Shown: piece by piece, positions 49,412-59,575 of the stretch
Position numbering within the stretch: position 1 is the first letter of the stretch
How the letters are laid out: every line of letters begins with the position of its first letter
DNA from: Microthyrium microscopicum
Lineage: Eukaryota
Direction: 5' to 3'
Assembly (NCBI GenBank): GCA_010405405.1
Contig: MU004244.1
Location: 437,895-501,894 of the forward strand
DNA: 64,000 nucleotides
The notes under the pieces: generated by a model
Told to the model about the DNA's origin: nothing
The model's database searches: none
The model's input: only the letters and a program-made list of their open reading frames with translations
Translations under genes and position numbers: made by a program

Positions 49412-50539
49412 TCATGCCAATAGTCGCTTCATCTCCCTACAAGCTTTGGAATAATGGTCTTTGATCTCTTTCGGTTGCCGTATTGGATTAGGAGCCTTGT
49501 CAAACCCATGCGCTGCACCCTCCACCAAGAAATAATGAACCGTTTTATTGACCTCCTCGCGAAGTCTTTTTGTGAACTTAATAGCCTCATCGAGCAACAT
49601 ATCATATTCGCATGCGAAAATCATGATTTCTTGAGGCAGCCCAGCAAGTAAATGCCGTGGTGCGACTCCGGGACTCAAATATGGCTGCGACATGTCCATC
49701 GTTGGCGGCGACAAGTAAGAATCGTCAAATAGATCTGTAAACATTGCCGGCAATTGATGGATTTTCGGTGTTATCGATCGCTTTTCCTCTCGCGTGCGCG
49801 TATAATCGACAGGTGGATACCAGGCCACGACCACTTTGATGGAGATGCCTTTATTACTCTTTGTCAGGAACCGTCCTTCACTGATCGCTTTTTTCAATGG
49901 TGGTCGAAGTGCGCCAACAACGCTGTTTCGCCGATCTTCGCCAAAGGCACATTCGTCGTTGAGTTCTTCTTCGAGGCGTAGTGGTACTGTGAAGCACATG
50001 TTTGCGCCTGCTGAAAAGCCAGATACTGCGATACGATCTACATCGATGCCTAGCTCTGCTGCGTGTGCGACCAGATATAAAATCGAGTCTGCGCCGTCCT
50101 CTACGGCTGTCGGGAAAGCGTGTTCGGGAGCGAGCCGGTAATCGACAGAGACACAAATTGCATCGACTTCGCGCACGACAGTCTCACACCAGCGGGCATC
50201 GTCAGTTGCCTTGCCGAGCGTGAAGCCGCCTCCATGAAAGTTTACGACAACAGGCCAGGTGCGGCCGTCGAATCCTCCAGCGAAGCCTTTGATCTCCTTA
50301 TGCCAGTCTGCGGGGACGTAGAAGTGTAGTTTTATCTCGCCCTTTTTCTCAGCGACGGTTGTCTTGAAGGTCCGCACAAAATCTGGCTTTGCAGGTCGAG
50401 GAGAGGCGAACTTATGGAGGAACATGCCGATTTGCATGAGAAAACGCCAGATAACAGCCTGTGCGACGAGGACCCATCGTGGGCGTGGTTTGCGGGCAGC
50501 TTTTTGTTCGGGTTTATAGCTGTGGCGTCGGTCAACCAT
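49412..50539 (-). CDS. alpha/beta hydrolase (HSL/Abhydrolase_3 esterase-lipase)
   Basis: VVVNFHGGGF, VDYRLAPEHAFPTAVED, nucleophile motif GFSAG, CEYDML acid, HGFD histidine. Confidence 0.9.
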   Translation of the reverse strand: MVDRRHSYKPEQKAARKPRPRWVLVAQAVIWRFLMQIGMFLHKFASPRPAKPDFVRTFKTTVAEKKGEIKLHFYVPADWHKEIKGFAGGFDGRTWPVVVNFHGGGFTLGKATDDARWCETVVREVDAICVSVDYRLAPEHAFPTAVEDGADSILYLVAHAAELGIDVDRIAVSGFSAGANMCFTVPLRLEEELNDECAFGEDRRNSVVGALRPPLKKAISEGRFLTKSNKGISIKVVVAWYPPVDYTRTREEKRSITPKIHQLPAMFTDLFDDSYLSPPTMDMSQPYLSPGVAPRHLLAGLPQEIMIFACEYDMLLDEAIKFTKRLREEVNKTVHYFLVEGAAHGFDKAPNPIRQPKEIKDHYSKACREMKRLLA

Positions 50540-51348
50540 GATGGACTAGGAGGAAGGGGGTCGAATGTTGGAAGAGAGAAATGTATGATAGGTCTGAGGA
50601 AGTGGATTGTTGGGTTGGTGTGCAAGCTGGCTGGAGAAGAAGATCGGAAGCGGTCCTTGTCGCAGATTTTCCATGATGTCACCGAGGCCTCTTTCGGCCA
50701 ATCTATCCATCCTTATGCCTCACTTTTACTGTACCAAAACATGCAAAGTCACTAATAAAAGTATACTACATTATTGTAAAATTGCCCAGGTATAAAATCA
50801 GCATTATTACCTACTAGCTTACGCGGTGCGTAATGCTGCAAGTACTGGATGGCTGGAGTCTAGACAGCATAATCTCCGATGTAATCACCACCGCTAAAAT
50901 GGCTTCCGAAGCTCATCGTGACTTTGGGACCTAAGAACTGCACCTGATAAGTCCCTATGGCCACTCGTCTCATCATTCTTGGCCCCTCGTCTATCAACAA
51001 CCAGAGTGGCGATGGCATGATGCTCTAGCATCAAGCCAAGAGCCAGATAAGAGATAGATGAAGCACAGGAAAGGCATATTATATTGAAACCACCGCATAA
51101 GCGATAGGATCTGTAATTGAAAGTATTGAATAGTACGGAGTAAGAGGTAAACTCCTAGTCAAGCCAAGTAATTAGCTAAATGGGTATAAAGGCAGAGTCA
51201 ACGCCAGCTATCCCAGCCATGCCCTCTGTAATGCGGTTTCCGATAGTGACTATCCGCGCCGAAAGATATCAATGTTGACGAACAAACGCCAATGCCAGCT
51301 GCTAAAGTTGTATACACATGAAGAAACACAAAAAATAATGCAGTGTCC

Positions 51349-51918
51349 TCAGACAAATTCGTACTCTTCCTCTTCAGCGGTGGCAAACTTGCCCTTCTTG
51401 CCAGCATTGGTCATCATGGCCTCGCCTTCAGAGTCGAGAACTTCGTACTCATCGCGGACAAGCTTATCGGTTTCCTTACTCTCGAATCGATCGACCGCGG
51501 CTTCAAGTGCTGCCGAGAGCACTTGACTTCCGTGACTTGGTCCTCGTTTGGCATCGAAGGAGTAGTGTACATCGGCATCTGGTGCAACGGCTGGGGTAGT
51601 TTGCTCTTCGACCTCGTCAGAAGACGAATCCGTAAGGGCCTCTTGACGGTCGGCTACGATGGCTGGCCGAACTAGGCCTTTGGCAGACTGGCCCTTTGCG
51701 TTCTTGCGGTTGAGTGGTCTAAGAGGCCGTGTTAGGCTAGGCTTCTTTACAAGATGTTTGGAATCATACTTTGGTTCAGGCTTACGAGGGACAGATCGCC
51801 CCTTGGACATGATTTCACCATGCTCCCATTTGTGTTGGCGATCAGCCGCTCGCTTGTAATCTTTGGAGTTGGAGCGAATGTCCTGGGTAAGAACAACGGA
51901 GCTGACGGGAGTAGACAT
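51349..51918 (-). CDS. hypothetical protein (189 aa), probably a conserved fungal family
   Basis: Single ORF with coding-like composition; basic N-half, then YSFDAKRGP..SQVLSAALEAAVDRFESKETDKLVRDEYEVLD and an acidic C-terminus. Confidence 0.7.
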   Translation of the reverse strand: MSTPVSSVVLTQDIRSNSKDYKRAADRQHKWEHGEIMSKGRSVPRKPEPKYDSKHLVKKPSLTRPLRPLNRKNAKGQSAKGLVRPAIVADRQEALTDSSSDEVEEQTTPAVAPDADVHYSFDAKRGPSHGSQVLSAALEAAVDRFESKETDKLVRDEYEVLDSEGEAMMTNAGKKGKFATAEEEEYEFV

Positions 51919-53494
51919 GAGGATAGAGTTCTTGGAGTCGGGGAGATGTGCTGTAGCCGAGAGTATCTCGGAAGAGGATTGGTTGGATATGAGGAGTAGA
52001 GAGACACAAAGGAGCCTGTCCGTTATCTTTATACTCGGCGAATATGGGTCCTATGACTAAGGATTGTTTCTTGAGGGTATATCAGAGGAGGATCAAAGAG
52101 CAGGTGAATGGAATAGGTTGGAAGGTGAGCTGAGGCGATGCAATAGGTACTGAGTCACTGTGGTCAGTGATGAAGGAAGCGAGTCCTGACTGGGGCGTCA
52201 AAGCGGTCTTTAAGGTTGGCTGGAGAAAACAAAGCCGATGAGATAGGCTGCACACCTGATGCAATCAAAGGATCCTATTAGGTGAAGCGTTGGGGCACGG
52301 GGAAAGATAGACCGCGTGGAGGATAAGAACACGCTATTTGAAGCTCCAAACATAGGACAAGGTCGGAGCTTCAACCCTGCCCCCCAGTCAAACCTTACGG
52401 CGGCCTGCAGGTATCATTGACAAAGTGGGGATAGCACTCAGCAGGAACCAAGAAAGATGCATATAGTTGCTGAACAACAAAGGCGCAATGCCGTCAGCCT
52501 TGGTCCACGTCTTGCCATCGCAATAGCTAGCCGCCAGCGCGGTGTCCCAGAGCGGTAGCCATCTAAGCGTCACAACCTCGACATGCGGGGTTTCTAGAAG
52601 CTGCTAGAGAATAGAGATGTGCCAAATGAGCCGTGTTGCAGATTGGTTCCAAAGCAAAGACACGGCGAGGCATATCACAGTCATCAGACGGTGACTTGCG
52701 GTAGATGACGGAATGATTCAGATGGCTCAGCCTTTTGATGATTTGAGCAGGTGTGACACAACCTTGGAATTGCAAGTCCGCATCAGACACGAGCCAAGCC
52801 TCGGCTTATCCATGTATGGAATCATTCATGGACCTGGGGGCCTTCCAATTGGTTCAGGCGGATGTGGCGCAGTATCGTAATCAGCCACATCTCTTTGGTG
52901 TGACTCCGTTATCTTCCCCTCTTTTGCTCAGTCCGGAGACTTTGTTTGAATGCGTTTTCATTGAAAGAGTCTGAAGAGACTCTATTGAGAGTCGAGAACA
53001 GACTCATGGTTCCATTGTTCTTTCAAGCTGGCTTCTCTCCATTCTTGGTCTTGGAGGTGAGTTTGTCCCAAGTGCTTAGTGGAGCAATCCGCATCATTGC
53101 CAGCATCCGATTTGTTCCGTTGCTTTTGTCCTTGGATGCAGTGACGCGCGCAGAATAACGCTGTGTGACTTGTTCTCATATCGGCCCCGCTCGTGTATGC
53201 TTGCCATGCCGTAATTCTTGATCGAGATTGGTCCATCATCAAACATCTGTAATGACGAGGGTATTTGGTACCCATTATCTTCAAACAGCCAGACAGCCCA
53301 CAAGCCCTTCGGCCGAGCACGTCGCGCTGCCTGTTGGTGCCCATCGTGGATAGTCTTATTGTTGGCTGATTGATGCAGATGTCTTGAACGATACACCATA
53401 TAATGGTAATCCTAGCTTTTTAACACCCTTGATTGATTCCATGGTCCAGCGATGGGTTGCGATAGCGATAATTCCTGGGTTCCCTGTTTGAACT

Positions 53495-54089
53495 TCATGA
53501 TTCCTGCTCTTGTGCCATCTCGGCTTCTTCGCTTGGGAGGAGTTCCGGAAACCAGCCATATTCACCAAAGTTGACACTGTATTCACCCATAGCATCTTGA
53601 CTGACTTCTACTCCTTCTTGTCCAAGAGCATCAGCCTGCCGCCGTTGGCTTCCTGGCCCGCTGTATTCGATGAGCATGCGAATTAAAGTGCTTAGGGGAG
53701 AACAAACCGCGGGCTGATGCTTCCTTTCGCATTAACAACACGTTGCCATGGTACTGAGCTCTCGTTGAATCGAAGATTTGCGTCCGATGGTAGATTCTTG
53801 AGAGCGGTTCCGACGCCTCTGTTGTTGATTGTTTAGTTTGGGTTTCCAAATTTGGCCAAAGGTGCTGATTTACCTTGGATATTCAGCTGTCGAGGTTAGA
53901 AACATCATTACTCAACAGAAAAGGATGGCATACGACGTCCAATTAGTCTAGCAATGTGTCCATAGGTTGTAACCTGCTCCAAGTCAGGCATTTAGCCTAT
54001 CGAGGTTGGGTTGCTCAAATAATAACCTTTCCATAAGGAACTTCCTGAATAGCCTCATACACCGAAGCATAGAATCGATCCTTCTCCAT
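53495..54089 (-). CDS. ATL1: alkyltransferase-like protein (MGMT/Ogt DNA-binding family, Trp in place of the catalytic Cys)
   Basis: Five exons 54089-54027, 53973-53934, 53886-53874, 53818-53708, 53660-53495 splice in frame to MEKDRFYASVYEAIQEVPYGKVTTYGHIARLIGRPEYPRGVGTALKNLP..VPWQRVVNAKGSISPR..QADALGQEGVEV..GEY.V....YGWFP, closely resembling S. pombe Atl1. Confidence 0.9.
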
Positions 54090-54672
54090 AGTCTTGGGAT
54101 CGTCGTCCGGGAGCTGGACCTCAATCAGATATCGACCAATTTCGTAGGTAAAGTCCAAGGATCCTAAATCATGGTGATGGGGTTGAAAGTTGAGGGAAAA
54201 GAAGCAAAAAGTTCTGATGAAAAATTAAGTGGGTGCATCGTGAGGCTTATTAAGCCATGTCATCCTAGATCGACTTCTACCTTCAAATCTCTCTGAGTGT
54301 CGCCGTTGCTATGTACTGTATATATCTTACAATAATGAGCTAATCATATGCAAGTTTCTCTCTGAGCATCAGATCTAAATCTATCAGGCAAATAAAATAT
54401 TAAACATAGGCTGCTGCGCTGCACGAAAAGCGAGAACTCAAGATTGGTGAGAGTACAACTCCCAGGTAAAGGTGCAAGGCTCAAGCTGTTGACCAGAGCT
54501 TGACAACCACCACGCGGCGCGTTCCACTTGAACACTCTTCCATCACCCCACCAAAACCTTCAATTCCTCCAGCTACTCTATTGCATTCTTCGATCGAACC
54601 TTCATCACGTTAATTGAATCCATCACACTCATCGTTCGCATACCTGGTTCATCATCAATCCTCACCGCCAAC

Positions 54673-56960
54673 ATGGCCGGGAAGCCCAAGGGGAAGTCTG
54701 GCAAAGCTCAGCAACGAGAGGAAGGACTAGAGAAAACAGACAACAATTTGCCACTAACATCATGGCCTCAAGTGCCTATGATCAATCAAAAGAACTACTA
54801 CACCGAATACCTCAAACGCGAAGACCAATACCTAGCCTACCGAACCCTACAAGAAGAGAACACAAATCGCATGGTCCGAGAAGCACGAGATAAAGATCGC
54901 GCATTAGCTCAAGGCAATGGAGTGCCCATGGCGAACGGCAATGGTGCCGCAGACAATGATGAGGACATGATGGACGTAGATGATTCTTCGGAAATTCATG
55001 GCTCCAAGATCATTGTCATTCACCCTGGTAGTCAAAATCTTCGCATAGGTTTCGCCAACGATGCCATACCAAAGACGGTACCTATGGTTGTTGCTCGGAG
55101 ATGGAAGGAGAACGAGTCTGAAGAGAATGGTGGTGAGCCTTTACCCAAGCGAGTCAAGATAGATGGCGAAGTTCCTGAGGAACCGGAGAAGCAGTTTGGC
55201 GAAGAAGTAAGACAGCTCCTTTAATTCTTAAATCCATACTGACCCATTCCAGTTTGCTTCAATGTGCAATACTCTCTCCGCGGACCTCAAAGCTCGATTA
55301 CGATACAAGAAGATCCGATTGATGCCAAACTCAAAGGAATTGGTGGTCAATTACAACCGAAGATCAACACCAGAGATGATCACAGAGCACAACGACCCAC
55401 ATAGGATCGAATGGACCGAGATTCCAGCCCGTAATCCCCCAGACTGTATCACCGGTGCAGCTGCTCTCCGAATACCTGAAAACTCAAAACCACGATACAA
55501 GCTTTTCTGGCCCATAAAAAACGGATGGCTAAACGAGAAGGATTATAAGCAAAAGAACATGGTCTTGAATGATTACTTCCTAGTCATTGAAGACGCTATG
55601 AAAAAAGAGCTCGGAGTGACCCGCAAGAAGGATTTGCAGCAATATAGCTGTGTCTTTGTCATACCAGATCTCTACGAAAAAGTACTTGTCCAAACCGCCC
55701 TAGAGGAGTTCATGCGAGACTTTGGCTTCAGGCGCATCTGCTTTATGCAAGAGTCTTTAGCTGCCAGCTTCGGCGCAAGCTACACCATGACGTGTATTGT
55801 CGATGTTGGCGCAGAAAAGACTTCAATATGCTGTGTTGAGGACGGCATGTGTATTGAGGATTCTCGTATCAACATGAAGTATGGCGGCCGAGATGTCACA
55901 GAATTCTACATCAAAAAGCTCATCCACTCACATTTTCCTTACTCCGATATCAACCTCAAGAGAAGATATGATTTTCTCCTGGCAGAGGAATTGAAGCAAA
56001 AGTTCCTCAGCATGAACGAAACCGATGTTGTTGGTAACACCTACGAATTCCATCTAAGAGCAGCTGGACAAGACACCCGCAAATACAGCTTCCGTGTCTA
56101 CGATGAAATCATACTTCCGGGAATAGTACGTATATTCAATTCGCATTTTTGACAGTCAACTAATAACTATCAAGGGGTATTTCGATCCAAGCAGATTCAA
56201 TTTTGAAGGCAAACTCGACGGCCGACGCTCCATAGTCGACCGCTCCTACGACCTCTACGATAACTCTCCCAACGACCCAACCTCCGCTGCGCAAGCTATG
56301 GTCCTCCAATGGGCCACCCAAAACATCCCCTCTGCCACCATCCAGGTCGCCGAATCCTCCACAAAGCCCACTGCTACTCCAGCCATTACCGCCACTCCCC
56401 AACGCGACCGGCCACTCAACCTCCTCAGCCGCCTGCAGGAAATGGATGGCACTCCACGATCTTCGGCAGCTAACTCGCCTGCCCCGGAAGGCACACCTCA
56501 ACCCCGGCAAGGCTCTCCCTCTGGTGATGCCACAGGCGCAAATGGTACACGCCCAGAACCCATCGACGACCGTCTGCGCATCGCGGAAGAAAGCGATCGC
56601 ATTTTGCCAATCATGCCCCTTGACGAAGCAATCATCGTGTCAATTCGGCAAGCGGCGCGCTCTGACGACCGCAAGATGCGTGACTTTCTCGGCGGTGTCA
56701 TGCTCGTTGGCGGTGGATGCAAGATGCCAGGCTTTAATACATTCTTGGAGGACAGACTACGCACGATATTGCCAGGAATGGCGAAGGAGATCATGGTGGG
56801 ATTGCCACCGCGGGAGCTGGATCAGCAATTGGTGGCATGGAAGGGAGGCAGTGTGTTTGGCCGACTGTCATCCAGTGGAAATGATAGTTGGGTTTATCAG
56901 AAGGAGTATGATATTTTGGGTAGTAAGTTGTTGGTGCAGAAACTCATGTTTGCGTATTAG
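54673..56960 (+). CDS. ARP8: INO80 complex actin-related protein Arp8
   Basis: INQKNYYTEYLKREDQ, KIIVIHPGSQNLRIG, VFVIPDLY, CIVDVGAEKTSICCVEDG, PPRELD..AWKGGSV; introns 55207-55252 and 56126-56174. Confidence 0.95.
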
Positions 56961-56985
56961 AGACTAGGTTTTGATAGTCGAAAAA

Positions 56986-58519
56986 TCACTCGGCAGGCAA
57001 GGGATTGTCGAATATCGAGTGGACTAGTTCGCCGCCTCGGACTGCTAGGCCGCTTAGAAGTGTGTCGGAGAGCTGGTTGTTTGTCAATTGTTAATCGAAT
57101 CATGAAGTTAACGATTCTACTTACCCCGTGAGTTGCTTCGTTGCATCCTTGGAGCCATATTCCAGCATCTCTGCTGATCGACTGATTGTTCAGAACTAGT
57201 CGATAATCTTTGCCTACTGTCCATGGCTGGCCACTACGTGCCTCTAAAGACTCAAGATTCTTCAAAATGTCTTCGTGGCCATTGTGTCCATAACCTGTTG
57301 CAAGCACGACTAAGTCATATTCCACTGCTTCAAGGACACATTTCGAGAGCTCTCCTGGAGACTTCCAATTAAACTCCAGTCTTACCCGATCTGCTTCCCC
57401 TTGACGTACTTGAACTATACTCGCATTAGGCATTATTCGATGGGGCCATTCTTCCTCGCGGTCATATGCTAATCTCTGCATATACAACGTCTCATATACT
57501 TTCTCCAGTAGTTGAAGCCTCACCACGCCATAATTAGTGTTCTGGTGTGATCCATTAGTCGCATGTCGGATTTCCGGGTCAGCCTCATAAAAGGGACGTA
57601 TTCTTTCAGGATCGAATATCTCATTGACAAATGGTGAATCATCGCTAGGTCGCAAAGTGGAACCTCGTAAGAGAAGATGAGTCTTGGACTTTGGATATCT
57701 TGAATGTAAGTTGTCAAAGACTTCTGCGGCAGATTGACCACCGCCTACCACAGCGATTTTGTAGCTGCCGTTTGTGTCCTGCAACTGTCTGGAGACTTCC
57801 TGAGCATAGCGCGAGGAATGGATGATTCGAGCATTGTTATTGATTTGAAAAAGCTTGGGTATGGAGGGCTGGCCACCTATCGCGATCACTACATGTCTAG
57901 CTCGAAAAGTGGTTTCCTCGGCCATCTTAGTACTTCGAGCTGCTATTCGAAATCGCTCGATTGCGCCATCACTGCCATAAGAATCTGGGAAGACTTTGAG
58001 CACTTCCTGCCCGTACCGGACGTCATCCTCGAAATACTGAGCGCACCACTTTAGATAGTCCTGGAATTCCAGTCGTGCGGGAAGAAACGTATCCAGATTC
58101 GAAAACTGGATGATCCGCTTCTTTGTATGCAAATAATTCAGAAAAGTGAATCGAGACCTGGGGTTTCTCAGAGTTGCTAGATCTTTGATGAATGAGATTT
58201 GCATCCTGGTGCCTTCTAGTAACATTCCAGGATGCCAGGCAAAATGTTCTTGTTTCTCTAGAAATAGGATTCGTGGCTTTCTTGAGAGACCATGCAGTGC
58301 TTGACCATTTGTTTCTTCGAGAGCATCCTCGATCGCAATGGCAATTGACAGTGCGGCTGGGCCGAATCCGGCGACAATGAGGTCATAATCCTCTTGCTCG
58401 AGAGAATTTGAGGGCTGAGATGTTCCATTTGCTGTTTGTATACCATCAATGTTCGACCGGTCGTTTGATGGCATGTGCATGTCGACATTTCTTGTTGCAG
58501 CATGGCTATTGAGCACCAT
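56986..58519 (-). CDS. sidA: L-ornithine N5-monooxygenase (siderophore biosynthesis)
   Basis: FAD motif GFGPA, WHPGMLL..MQISFIKDLATLRNPRS, NADPH motif VGGGQSAAE, PSDDSPFVNEIF, LATGY; intron 57124-57073; last exon LSDTLLSGLAVRGGE, stop at 56986. Confidence 0.95.
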
Positions 58520-59205
58520 TGTGACACAGCTCGCAGCACTGAGCTCTAGACTTGATCAAGTTCCTGAATTTGGCGCAGAGGTAGATTATATCGTTATCGT
58601 CCTCCAAAGGCAAGTTATATGTATGTCAGGGTGATACAATATGGACTCTCGTCCGGTGTCGCAATATTCCCAACCAAGCTGGAAGAGGTATGTCAACCAA
58701 ACGGAGTCGATGAGACAGCTCTAGCTGATACAGAATAGGTGAAATTAGCAGGAAGAGTCAAGTTATATCACAGAAAAATAGCAGTGAGGTAGGTGAATGG
58801 AAGAATTTATTCTGCCATACTGTTGACAGCGCCAAACCCTGCTAGTCAGTTTGCGGCAGGCAAATACCAAGTTCGTAGTCCAGGGCGGTTGGTAAACAGA
58901 TGGAAAGAAGCAAAAACAGCCGATTCAGATGGCCAGAATCACTCATTCGCCCTGAGCAGTCGTTGACGCATGAAGCTAGGATGGCGCAATGCTCTTCTGA
59001 TGAAAGTGTGAGAGAAAACGTCACAACAGAGCCACAACTTGGCTCACTCTTCCCCTGTGCTTCAACGCAGATTCCCGTTAGCAGCTGCAAGGGCCATCAG
59101 GAAATCCCATCCTCTCGAGGATGGGCAAAATAAAATAAGAAAAGATCTCGATGTCGGTCAAGCAAGAGATCGTACGACGAAAATCTGGATGGTTAGTAGT
59201 TGGAC

Positions 59206-59248
59206 TAATCTTATCCATCCATCTTATCTGATCGATTTCGCTCTATCA
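59206..59248 (-). promoter_or_regulatory. GATA cluster including an SreA/Sre1-type ATCWGATAA site upstream of sidA
   Basis: TTATCTGAT at 59224-59232 (reverse complement ATCAGATAA), ATCTTATC twice (59208, 59221) and CTATC at about 59243, about 700 bp upstream of the sidA ATG. Confidence 0.7.
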
Positions 59249-59575
59249 AATTCTTTCAATGCTTCATTGTCTGAAGTTTCATTGTTCATGCACTTCTCAC
59301 TCCTTGATTTCGCTCAAATTCCTGCGCTGAACTGCGCTTCCAACAAAAGCTAGACCTGCTGGACCAGGGAAGCCTATGCGAGTTAGATGCTGGGCTCATC
59401 GAGGTGCACATAGGGAAAGCTCGGGCATTCCTCTAAGCTTACCATGAACCGTGGTCACTGAATTGAACAGTCTACCGCTTTTTGATTGCCTGACTCCGTC
59501 GAATATCCTGAGCTTCAAAACCACTCAAGACCCCAAGAATAATTTTTCTGTTTTTCTGGTCAAAATACAAGTATC

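Noticed and set aside
50940..51060. GATA sites upstream of the esterase, suggesting iron regulation
   Set aside because: No full ATCWGATAA match; GATA cores are common, and the region is also the 3' flank of the next gene.
52380..53400. Cluster of 60-120-aa ORFs downstream of ATL1
   Set aside because: No motifs or convincing splice pattern.
56957..57124. ORF-track C-terminus of sidA overlapping the ARP8 stop
   Set aside because: Read-through of an intron; the spliced LSDTLLS exon ends at 56986.
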